Assembly: GCA_964016885.1 (NCBI GenBank)
Contig: OZ024744.1
Location: 1,488,001 to 1,552,000, forward strand
From: Eledone cirrhosa
Lineage: Eukaryota
DNA length: 64,000 nucleotides
Direction: 5' to 3'
The position numbers were made by a program, and so were the translations under genes. Below the pieces are notes generated by a model. It was not told the origin of the DNA. It did not search any database and worked only from the letters and a program-made list of their open reading frames with translations. Below, piece after piece: positions 28,301 through 40,500 of the stretch (position 1 is the first letter of the stretch; each line of letters starts with the position of its first letter).

Positions 28301-28560
28301 GCTTGTCTTCACACAAAACTTCGTTCTTCACCAAGCTATCTTTCTCTACCTTGTCTTCCCACAAAACGTCATTCTTCACCAAGCTATCTTTCTCTACCTT
28401 GTCTTCCGTCAAAACTTCGTTCTTCACCAAGCTATCTTTCTCTAACTTGTCTTCCCTCAAAACGTCGTTCTTCACCAAGCTATCTTTCTCTACCTTGTCT
28501 TCCCCCAAAACTTCGTTCTTCACCAAGCTATCTTTCTCTAGCTTGTCTTCCCCCAAAACT
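13321..28560. repeat. Array domain 2: long indel-free 48-bp runs separated by a short module of 47-bp-monomer-bounded blocks
   Basis: Unbroken minus-frame runs 13325-15097, 16162-19221, 20047-25122 and 26187-28556; module starts at 15089, 19213, 25114. New markers CTCTAGCTTGTCTTCACAC (first ~13955), CCCCGAAAA, CCCCTAAAA, AAAACTTTG, TTTCTGTACC. Confidence 0.88.
20047..25122 (-). other. Longest open stretch of the minus-strand frame (1691 codons of NEVLGEDKVEKDSLVK-type repeats); coding function unsupported
   Basis: About 105 consecutive 48-bp monomers without indel or stop. The start is a TTG inside the repeat, there is no unique N- or C-terminus, and both ends are 47-bp frameshift monomers. 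Confidence 0.2.
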
Positions 28561-31500
28561 TCGTTCTTCGCAAGCTATCTTTCTCTACCTTGTCTTCCCC
28601 CAAAACTTCGTTCTTCACCAAGCTATCTTTCTCTACCTTGTCTTCTCACAAAACGTCGTTCTTCACCAAGCTATCTTTCTCTACCTTGTCTTCCCTCAAA
28701 ACGTCGTTCTTCACCAAGCTATCTTTCTCTACCTTGTCTTCCCTCAAAACATCGTTCTTCACCAAGCTATCTTTCTCTACCTTGTCTTCTCCCAAAACTT
28801 CGTTATTCACCAAGCTATCTTTCTCTACCTTGTCTTCCCTCAAAACTTCGTTCTTCACCAAGATATCTTTCTCTACATTGTCTTCCCCCAAAACTTCGTT
28901 CTTCACCAAGCTATCTTTCTCTACCTTGTCATCCCCCAAAACTTCGTTCTTCACCAAGCTATCTTTCTCTAGCTTGTCTTCACACAAAACTTCGTTCTTC
29001 ACCAAGCTATCTTTCTCTACCTTGTCTTCCCACAAAACGTCATTCTTCACCAAGCTATCTTTCTCTACCTTGTCTTCCGTCGAAACTTCGTTCTTCACCA
29101 AGATATCTTTCTCTACCTTGTTTTCTCCCAAAACTTCGTTCTTCACCAAGCTATCTTTCTCTAGCTTGTCTTCCCTCAGAACTTCGTTCTTCACCAAGCT
29201 ATCTTTCTCTACCTTGTCTTCCCTCAAAACGTCGTTCTTCACCAAGCTATCTTTCTCTACCTTGTCTTCCCTCAAAACATCGTTCTTCACCAAGCTATCT
29301 TTCTCTACCTTGTCTTCTCCCAAAACTTCGTTATTCACCAAGCTATCTTTCTCTACCTTGTCTTCCCTCAAAACTTCGTTCTTCACCAAGTCATCTTTCT
29401 CTACCTTGTCATCCCTCAAAACTTCGTTCTTCACCAAGCTATCTTTCTCTGCCTTGTCTTCCCCCAAAACTTCGTTCTTCACCAAGCTATCTTTCTCTAC
29501 CTTGTCTTCACACAAAACTTCGTTCTTCACCAAGCTATCTTTCTCTACCTTGTCATCCCACAAAACGTCATTCTTCACCAAGCTATCTTTCTCTACCTTG
29601 TCTTCCGTCAAAACTTCGTTCTTCACCAAGATATCTTTCTCTACCTTGTCTTCTCCCAAAACTTCGTTCTTCACCAAGCTATCTTTCTCTACCTTGTCTT
29701 CCCTCAGAAATTCGTTCTTCACCAAGCTATCTTTCTCTACCTTGTCTTCCCCCAAAACGTCGTTCTTCACCAAGCTATCTTTCTCTACATTGTCTTCCCC
29801 AAAACTTCGTTCTTCACCAAGCTATCTTTCTCTACCTTGTCTTTCATCAAAACGTCGTTCTTCACCAAGCTCTCTTTCTCTACCTTGTCTTCCCCCAAAA
29901 CTTCGTTCTTCACCAAGCTATCTTTCTCTACCTTGAATTCCCCCAAAACTTCGTTCTTCACCAAGCTATCTTTCTCTACCTTGTCTTCCCACAAAACGTC
30001 GTTCTTCACCAAGCTATCTTTCTCTACCTTGTCTTCCCTCAAAACGTCGTTCTTCACCAAGCTATCTTTCTCTACCTTGTCTTCCCTCAAAACATCGTTC
30101 TTCACCAAGCTATCTTTCTCTACCTTGTCTTCCCTCAAAACTTCGTTCTTCACCAAGCTATCTTTCTCTACCTTGTCTTCCCCCAAAACTTCGTTCTTCA
30201 CCAAGCTATCTTTCTCTACCTTGTCTTCTCCCAAAACTTCGTTATTCACCAAGCTATCTTTCTCTACCTTGTCTTCCCTCAAAACTTCGTTCTTCACCAA
30301 GCTATCTTTCTCTACCTTGTCTTCCCCCAAAACTTCGTTCTTCACCAAGTCATCTTTCTCTACCTTGTCATCCCTCAAAACTTTGTTCTTCACCAATCTA
30401 TCTTTCTCTACCTTGTCTTCCCCCAAAACTTCGTTCTTCACCAAGCTATCTTTCTCTAGCTTGTCTTCACACAAAACTTCGTTCTTCACCAAGCTATCTT
30501 TCTCTACCTTGTCTTCCCACAAAACGTCATTCTTCACCAAGCTATCTTTCTCTACCTTGTCTTTCGTCAAAACTTCGTTCTTCACCAAGATATCTTTCTC
30601 TACCTTGTCTCCTCCCAAAACTTCGTTCTTCACCAAGCTATCTTTCTCTACCTTGTCTTCCCTCAGAACTTCGTTCTTCACCAAGCTATCTTTCTCTACC
30701 TTGTCTTCCCCCAAAACTTCGTTCTTCACCAAGCTATCTTTCTCTACATTGTCTTCCCCAAAACTTCGTTCTTCACCAAGCTATCTTTCACGACCTTGTC
30801 TTCCCTCAAAACGTCGTTCTTCACCAAGCTATCTTGCTCTACCTTGTCTTCCCCCAAACTTCGTTCTTCACCAAGCTATCTTTCTCTACATTGTCTTCCC
30901 CAAAACTTCGTTCTTCACCAAGCTATCTTTCTCTACCTTTTCTCCCCTCAAAAAGTCGTTCTTCACCAAGCTCTCTTTCTCTACCTTGTCTTCTCCCAAA
31001 ACTTCGTTATTCACCAAGCTATCTTTCTCTACCTTGTCTTCCCTCAAACCTTCGTTCTTCACCAAGCTATCTTTCTCTACCTTGTCTTCCCCCAAAACTT
31101 CGTTCTTCACCAAGCTATCTTTCTCTACATTGTCTTCCCCAAAACTTCGTTCTTCACCAAGCTATCTTTCTCTACCTTGTCTTCCCCCAAAACTTCGTTG
31201 TTCACCAAGCTATCTTTCTCTACCTCGTCTTCCCCCAAAACTTCGTTCTTCACCAAGCTATCTTTCTCTACCTTGTCTTCCCCCAAAACTTCTTTCTTCA
31301 CCAAGCTATCTTTCTCTACCTTGTCTTCCCACAAACCTTCGTTCTTCACCAAGCTATCTTTCTCTACCTTGTCTTCCCACAAAACGTCGTTCTTCACCAA
31401 GCTATCTTTCTCTACTTTGTCTTCCCTCAAAACTTCGTTCTTCACCAAGCTATCTTTCTCTACCTTGTCTTCCCCCAAAACTTCGTTCTTCACCAAGCTA

Positions 31501-34500
31501 TCTTTCTCTACCTTGTCTTCCCTCAAAACTTCGTTCTTCACCAAGCTATCTTTTTCGACCTTGTCTTCCCCCAAAACTTCGTTCTTCACCAAGCTATCTT
31601 TCTCTACCTTGTCTTCCCTCAAAACGTCGTTCTTCACCAAGCTATCTTTCTCTACCTTGTCCTCCCACAAAACTTCGTTCTTCACCAAGCTATCTTTCTC
31701 TACCTTGTCTTCCCCCAAAATTTCGTTCTTCGCAAGCTATCTTTCTCTATCTTGTCTTCCGTCAAAACTTCGTTCTTCACCAAGATATCTTTCTCTACCT
31801 TGTCTTCCCACAAAACGTCGTTCTTCACCAAGCTATCTTTCTCTACCTTGTCTTCCCTCAGAACTTCGTTCTTCACCAAGCTATCTTTCTCTACCTTGTC
31901 TTCCCCCAAAACTTCGTTCTTCACCAAGCTATCTTTCTCTACATTGTCTTCCCCAAAACTTCGTTCTTCACCAAGCTATCTTTCACGACCTTGTCTTCCC
32001 TCAAAACGTCGTTCTTCACCAAGCTATCTTGCTCTACCTTGTCTTCCCCCAAAACTTCGTTCTTCACCAAGCTATCTTTCTCTACCTTGTCTTCCCACAA
32101 AACGTCGTTCTTCACCAAGCTATCTTTCTCTACCTTGTCTTCCCTCAAAACGTCGTTCTTCACCAAGCTATCTTTCTCTACCTTGTCTTCCCTCAAAACA
32201 TCGTTCTTCACCAAGCTATCTTTCTCTACCTTGTCTTCCCTCAAAACTTCGTTCTTCACCAAGCTATCTTTCTCTACCTTGTCTTCCCCCAAAACTTCGT
32301 TCTTCACCAAGCTATCTTTCTCTACCTTGTCTTCTCCCAAAACTTCGTTATTCACCAAGCTATCTTTCTCTACCTTGTCTTCCCTCAAAACTTCGTTCTT
32401 CACCAAGCTATCTTTCTCTACCTTGTCTTCCCCCAAAACTTCGTTCTTCACCAAGTCATCTTTCTCTACCTTGTCATCCCTCAAAACTTTGTTCTTCACC
32501 AATCTATCTTTCTCTACCTTGTCTTCCCCCAAAACTTCGTTCTTCACCAAGCTATCTTTCTCTAGCTTGTCTTCACACAAAACTTCGTTCTTCACCAAGC
32601 TATCTTTCTCTACCTTGTCTTCCCACAAAACGTCATTCTTCACCAAGCTATCTTTCTCTACCTTGTCTTTCGTCAAAACTTCGTTCTTCACCAAGATATC
32701 TTTCTCTACCTTGTCTCCTCCCAAAACTTCGTTCTTCACCAAGCTATCTTTCTCTACCTTGTCTTCCCTCAGAACTTCGTTCTTCACCAAGCTATCTTTC
32801 TCTACCTTGTCTTCCCCCAAAACTTCGTTCTTCACCAAGCTATCTTTCTCTACATTGTCTTCCCCAAAACTTCGTTCTTCACCAAGCTATCTTTCACGAC
32901 CTTGTCTTCCCTCAAAACGTCGTTCTTCACCAAGCTATCTTGCTCTACCTTGTCTTCCCCCAAACTTCGTTCTTCACCAAGCTATCTTTCTCTACATTGT
33001 CTTCCCCAAAACTTCGTTCTTCACCAAGCTATCTTTCTCTACCTTGTCTCCCCTCAAAAAGTCGTTCTTCACCAAGCTCTCTTTCTCTACCTTGTCTTCT
33101 CCCAAAACTTCGTTATTCACCAAGCTATCTTTCTCTACCTTGTCTTCCCTCAAACCTTCGTTCTTCACCAAGCTATCTTTCTCTACCTTGTCTTCCCCCA
33201 AAACTTCGTTCTTCACCAAGCTATCTTTCTCTACATTGTCTTCCCCAAAACTTCGTTCTTCACCAAGCTATCTTTCTCTACCTTGTCTTCCCCCAAAACT
33301 TCGTTGTTCACCAAGCTATCTTTCTCTACCTCGTCTTCCCCCAAAACTTCGTTCTTCACCAAGCTATCTTTCTCTACCTTGTCTTCCCCCAAAACTTCTT
33401 TCTTCACCAAGCTATCTTTCTCTACCTTGTCTTCCCACAAAACTTCGTTCTTCACCAAGCTATCTTTCTCTACCTTGTCTTCCCACAAAACGTCGTTCTT
33501 CACCAAGCTATCTTTCTCTACTTTGTCTTCCCTCAAAACTTCGTTCTTCACCAAGCTATCTTTCTCTACCTTGTCTTCCCCCAAAACTTCGTTCTTCACC
33601 AAGCTATCTTTCTCTACCTTGTCTTCCCTCAAAACTTCGTTCTTCACCAAGCTATCTTTTTCGACCTTGTCTTCCCCCAAAACTTCGTTCTTCACCAAGC
33701 TATCTTTCTCTACCTTGTCTTCCCTCAAAACGTCGTTCTTCACCAAGCTATCTTTCTCTACCTTGTCCTCCCACAAAACTTCGTTCTTCACCAAGCTATC
33801 TTTCTCTACCTTGTCTTCCCCCAAAATTTCGTTCTTCGCAAGCTATCTTTCTCTACCTTGTCTTCCGTCAAAACTTCGTTCTTCACCAAGATATCTTTCT
33901 CTACCTTGTCTTCCCACAAAACGTCGTTCTTCACCAAGCTATCTTTCTCTACCTTGTCTTCCCTCAGAACTTCGTTCTTCACCAAGCTATCTTTCTCTAC
34001 CTTGTCTTCCCCCAAAACTTCGTTCTTCACCAAGCTATCTTTCTCTACATTGTCTTCCCCAAAACTTCGTTCTTCACCAAGCTATCTTTCACGACCTTGT
34101 CTTCCCTCAAAACGTCGTTCTTCACCAAGCTATCTTGCTCTACCTTGTCTTCCCCCAAACTTCGTTCTTCACCAAGCTATCTTTCTCTACATTGTCTTCC
34201 CCAAAACTTCGTTCTTCACCAAGCTATCTTTCTCTACCTTGTCTCCCCTCAAAAAGTCGTTCTTCACCAAGCTCTCTTTCTCTACCTTGTCTTCTCCCAA
34301 AACTTCGTTATTCACCAAGCTATCTTTCTCTACCTTGTCTTCCCTCAAACCTTCGTTCTTCACCAAGCTATCTTTCTCTACCTTGTCTTCCCCCAAAACT
34401 TCGTTCTTCACCAAGCTATCTTTCTCTACATTGTCTTCCCCAAAACTTCGTTCTTCACCAAGCTATCTTTCTCTACCTTGTCTTCCCCCAAAACTTCGTT

Positions 34501-37500
34501 GTTCACCAAGCTATCTTTCTCTACCTCGTCTTCCCCCAAAACTTCGTTCTTCACCAAGCTATCTTTCTCTACCTTGTCTTCCCCCAAAACTTCTTTCTTC
34601 ACCAAGCTATCTTTCTCTACCTTGTCTTCCCACAAAACTTCGTTCTTCACCAAGCTATCTTTCTCTACCTTGTCTTCCCACAAAACGTCGTTCTTCACCA
34701 AGCTATCTTTCTCTACTTTGTCTTCCCTCAAAACTTCGTTCTTCACCAAGCTATCTTTCTCTACCTTGTCTTCCCACAAAACGTCGTTCTTCACCAAGCT
34801 ATCTTTCTCTACCTTGTCTTCCCTCAAAACGTCGTTCTTCACCAAGCTATCTTTCTCTACCTTGTCTTCCCTCAAAACATCGTTCTTCACCAAGCTATCT
34901 TTCTCTACCTTGTCTTCCCTCAAAACTTCGTTCTTCACCAAGCTATCTTTCTCTACCTTGTCTTCCCCCAAAACTTCGTTCTTCACCAAGCTATCTTTCT
35001 CTACCTTGTCTTCCCTCAAAACTTCGTTCTTCACCAAGTCATCTTTCTCTACCTTGTCATCCCTCAAAACTTCGTTCTTCACCAAGCTATCTTTCTCTGC
35101 CTTGTCTTCCCCCAAAACTTCGTTCTTCACCAAGCTATCTTTCTCTACCTTGTCTTCACACAAAACTTCGTTCTTCACCAAGCTATCTTTCTCTACCTTG
35201 TCATCCCACAAAACGTCATTCTTCACCAAGCTATCTTTCTCTACCTTGTCTTCCGTCAAAACTTCGTTCTTCACCAAGATATCTTTCTCTACCTTGTCTT
35301 CTCCCAAAACTTCGTTCTTCACCAAGCTATCTTTCTCTACCTTGTCTTCCCTCAGAAATTCGTTCTTCACCAAGCTATCTTTCTCTACCTTGTCTTCCCC
35401 CAAAACGTCGTTCTTCACCAAGCTATCTTTCTCTACATTGTCTTCCCCAAAACTTCGTTCTTCACCAAGCTATCTTTCTCTACCTTGTCTTTCATCAAAA
35501 CGTCGTTCTTCACCAAGCTCTCTTTCTCTACCTTGTCTTCCCCCAAAACTTCGTTCTTCACCAAGCTATCTTTCTCTACCTTGAATTCCCCCAAAACTTC
35601 GTTCTTCACCAAGCTATCTTTCTCTACCTTGTCTTCCCACAAAACGTCGTTCTTCACCAAGCTATCTTTCTCTACCTTGTCTTCCCTCAAAACGTCGTTC
35701 TTCACCAAGCTATCTTTCTCTACCTTGTCTTCCCTCAAAACATCGTTCTTCACCAAGCTATCTTTCTCTACCTTGTCTTCCCTCAAAACTTCGTTCTTCA
35801 CCAAGCTATCTTTCTCTACCTTGTCTTCCCCCAAAACTTCGTTCTTCACCAAGCTATCTTTCTCTACCTTGTCTTCTCCCAAAACTTCGTTATTCACCAA
35901 GCTATCTTTCTCTACCTTGTCTTCCCTCAAAACTTCGTTCTTCACCAAGCTATCTTTCTCTACCTTGTCTTCCCCCAAAACTTCGTTCTTCACCAAGTCA
36001 TCTTTCTCTACCTTGTCATCCCTCAAAACTTTGTTCTTCACCAATCTATCTTTCTCTACCTTGTCTTCCCCCAAAACTTCGTTCTTCACCAAGCTATCTT
36101 TCTCTAGCTTGTCTTCACACAAAACTTCGTTCTTCACCAAGCTATCTTTCTCTACCTTGTCTTCCCACAAAACGTCATTCTTCACCAAGCTATCTTTCTC
36201 TACCTTGTCTTTCGTCAAAACTTCGTTCTTCACCAAGATATCTTTCTCTACCTTGTCTCCTCCCAAAACTTCGTTCTTCACCAAGCTATCTTTCTCTACC
36301 TTGTCTTCCCTCAGAACTTCGTTCTTCACCAAGCTATCTTTCTCTACCTTGTCTTCCCCCAAAACTTCGTTCTTCACCAAGCTATCTTTCTCTACATTGT
36401 CTTCCCCAAAACTTCGTTCTTCACCAAGCTATCTTTCACGACCTTGTCTTCCCTCAAAACGTCGTTCTTCACCAAGCTATCTTGCTCTACCTTGTCTTCC
36501 CCCAAACTTCGTTCTTCACCAAGCTATCTTTCTCTACATTGTCTTCCCCAAAACTTCGTTCTTCACCAAGCTATCTTTCTCTACCTTGTCTCCCCTCAAA
36601 AAGTCGTTCTTCACCAAGCTCTCTTTCTCTACCTTGTCTTCTCCCAAAACTTCGTTATTCACCAAGCTATCTTTCTCTACCTTGTCTTCCCTCAAACCTT
36701 CGTTCTTCACCAAGCTATCTTTCTCTACCTTGTCTTCCCCCAAAACTTCGTTCTTCACCAAGCTATCTTTCTCTACATTGTCTTCCCCAAAACTTCGTTC
36801 TTCACCAAGCTATCTTTCTCTACCTTGTCTTCCCCCAAAACTTCGTTGTTCACCAAGCTATCTTTCTCTACCTCGTCTTCCCCCAAAACTTCGTTCTTCA
36901 CCAAGCTATCTTTCTCTACCTTGTCTTCCCCCAAAACTTCTTTCTTCACCAAGCTATCTTTCTCTACCTTGTCTTCCCACAAACCTTCGTTCTTCACCAA
37001 GCTATCTTTCTCTACCTTGTCTTCCCACAAAACGTCGTTCTTCACCAAGCTATCTTTCTCTACTTTGTCTTCCCTCAAAACTTCGTTCTTCACCAAGCTA
37101 TCTTTCTCTACCTTGTCTTCCCCCAAAACTTCGTTCTTCACCAAGCTATCTTTCTCTACCTTGTCTTCCCTCAAAACTTCGTTCTTCACCAAGCTATCTT
37201 TTTCGACCTTGTCTTCCCCCAAAACTTCGTTCTTCACCAAGCTATCTTTCTCTACCTTGTCTTCCCTCAAAACGTCGTTCTTCACCAAGCTATCTTTCTC
37301 TACCTTGTCCTCCCACAAAACTTCGTTCTTCACCAAGCTATCTTTCTCTACCTTGTCTTCCCCCAAAATTTCGTTCTTCGCAAGCTATCTTTCTCTATCT
37401 TGTCTTCCGTCAAAACTTCGTTCTTCACCAAGATATCTTTCTCTACCTTGTCTTCCCACAAAACGTCGTTCTTCACCAAGCTATCTTTCTCTACCTTGTC

Positions 37501-40500
37501 TTCCCTCAGAACTTCGTTCTTCACCAAGCTATCTTTCTCTACCTTGTCTTCCCCCAAAACTTCGTTCTTCACCAAGCTATCTTTCTCTACATTGTCTTCC
37601 CCAAAACTTCGTTCTTCACCAAGCTATCTTTCACGACCTTGTCTTCCCTCAAAACGTCGTTCTTCACCAAGCTATCTTGCTCTACCTTGTCTTCCCCCAA
37701 AACTTCGTTCTTCACCAAGCTATCTTTCTCTACCTTGTCTTCCCACAAAACGTCGTTCTTCACCAAGCTATCTTTCTCTACCTTGTCTTCCCTCAAAACG
37801 TCGTTCTTCACCAAGCTATCTTTCTCTACCTTGTCTTCCCTCAAAACATCGTTCTTCACCAAGCTATCTTTCTCTACCTTGTCTTCCCTCAAAACTTCGT
37901 TCTTCACCAAGCTATCTTTCTCTACCTTGTCTTCCCCCAAAACTTCGTTCTTCACCAAGCTATCTTTCTCTACCTTGTCTTCTCCCAAAACTTCGTTATT
38001 CACCAAGCTATCTTTCTCTACCTTGTCTTCCCTCAAAACTTCGTTCTTCACCAAGCTATCTTTCTCTACCTTGTCTTCCCCCAAAACTTCGTTCTTCACC
38101 AAGTCATCTTTCTCTACCTTGTCATCCCTCAAAACTTTGTTCTTCACCAATCTATCTTTCTCTACCTTGTCTTCCCCCAAAACTTCGTTCTTCACCAAGC
38201 TATCTTTCTCTAGCTTGTCTTCACACAAAACTTCGTTCTTCACCAAGCTATCTTTCTCTACCTTGTCTTCCCACAAAACGTCATTCTTCACCAAGCTATC
38301 TTTCTCTACCTTGTCTTTCGTCAAAACTTCGTTCTTCACCAAGATATCTTTCTCTACCTTGTCTCCTCCCAAAACTTCGTTCTTCACCAAGCTATCTTTC
38401 TCTACCTTGTCTTCCCTCAGAACTTCGTTCTTCACCAAGCTATCTTTCTCTACCTTGTCTTCCCCCAAAACTTCGTTCTTCACCAAGCTATCTTTCTCTA
38501 CATTGTCTTCCCCAAAACTTCGTTCTTCACCAAGCTATCTTTCACGACCTTGTCTTCCCTCAAAACGTCGTTCTTCACCAAGCTATCTTGCTCTACCTTG
38601 TCTTCCCCCAAACTTCGTTCTTCACCAAGCTATCTTTCTCTACATTGTCTTCCCCAAAACTTCGTTCTTCACCAAGCTATCTTTCTCTACCTTGTCTCCC
38701 CTCAAAAAGTCGTTCTTCACCAAGCTCTCTTTCTCTACCTTGTCTTCTCCCAAAACTTCGTTATTCACCAAGCTATCTTTCTCTACCTTGTCTTCCCTCA
38801 AACCTTCGTTCTTCACCAAGCTATCTTTCTCTACCTTGTCTTCCCCCAAAACTTCGTTCTTCACCAAGCTATCTTTCTCTACATTGTCTTCCCCAAAACT
38901 TCGTTCTTCACCAAGCTATCTTTCTCTACCTTGTCTTCCCCCAAAACTTCGTTGTTCACCAAGCTATCTTTCTCTACCTCGTCTTCCCCCAAAACTTCGT
39001 TCTTCACCAAGCTATCTTTCTCTACCTTGTCTTCCCCCAAAACTTCTTTCTTCACCAAGCTATCTTTCTCTACCTTGTCTTCCCACAAAACTTCGTTCTT
39101 CACCAAGCTATCTTTCTCTACCTTGTCTTCCCACAAAACGTCGTTCTTCACCAAGCTATCTTTCTCTACTTTGTCTTCCCTCAAAACTTCGTTCTTCACC
39201 AAGCTATCTTTCTCTACCTTGTCTTCCCCCAAAACTTCGTTCTTCACCAAGCTATCTTTCTCTACCTTGTCTTCCCTCAAAACTTCGTTCTTCACCAAGC
39301 TATCTTTTTCGACCTTGTCTTCCCCCAAAACTTCGTTCTTCACCAAGCTATCTTTCTCTACCTTGTCTTCCCTCAAAACGTCGTTCTTCACCAAGCTATC
39401 TTTCTCTACCTTGTCCTCCCACAAAACTTCGTTCTTCACCAAGCTATCTTTCTCTACCTTGTCTTCCCCCAAAATTTCGTTCTTCGCAAGCTATCTTTCT
39501 CTACCTTGTCTTCCGTCAAAACTTCGTTCTTCACCAAGATATCTTTCTCTACCTTGTCTTCCCACAAAACGTCGTTCTTCACCAAGCTATCTTTCTCTAC
39601 CTTGTCTTCCCTCAGAACTTCGTTCTTCACCAAGCTATCTTTCTCTACCTTGTCTTCCCCCAAAACTTCGTTCTTCACCAAGCTATCTTTCTCTACATTG
39701 TCTTCCCCAAAACTTCGTTCTTCACCAAGCTATCTTTCACGACCTTGTCTTCCCTCAAAACGTCGTTCTTCACCAAGCTATCTTGCTCTACCTTGTCTTC
39801 CCCCAAACTTCGTTCTTCACCAAGCTATCTTTCTCTACATTGTCTTCCCCAAAACTTCGTTCTTCACCAAGCTATCTTTCTCTACCTTGTCTCCCCTCAA
39901 AAAGTCGTTCTTCACCAAGCTCTCTTTCTCTACCTTGTCTTCTCCCAAAACTTCGTTATTCACCAAGCTATCTTTCTCTACCTTGTCTTCCCTCAAACCT
40001 TCGTTCTTCACCAAGCTATCTTTCTCTACCTTGTCTTCCCCCAAAACTTCGTTCTTCACCAAGCTATCTTTCTCTACATTGTCTTCCCCAAAACTTCGTT
40101 CTTCACCAAGCTATCTTTCTCTACCTTGTCTTCCCCCAAAACTTCGTTGTTCACCAAGCTATCTTTCTCTACCTCGTCTTCCCCCAAAACTTCGTTCTTC
40201 ACCAAGCTATCTTTCTCTACCTTGTCTTCCCCCAAACCTTCTTTCTTCACCAAGCTATCTTTCTCTACCTTGTCTTCCCACAAAACTTCGTTCTTCACCA
40301 AGCTATCTTTCTCTACCTTGTCTTCCCACAAAACGTCGTTCTTCACCAAGCTATCTTTCTCTACTTTGTCTTCCCTCAAAACTTCGTTCTTCACCAAGCT
40401 ATCTTTCTCTACCTTGTCTTCCCACAAAACGTCGTTCTTCACCAAGCTATCTTTCTCTACCTTGTCTTCCCTCAAAACGTCGTTCTTCACCAAGCTATCT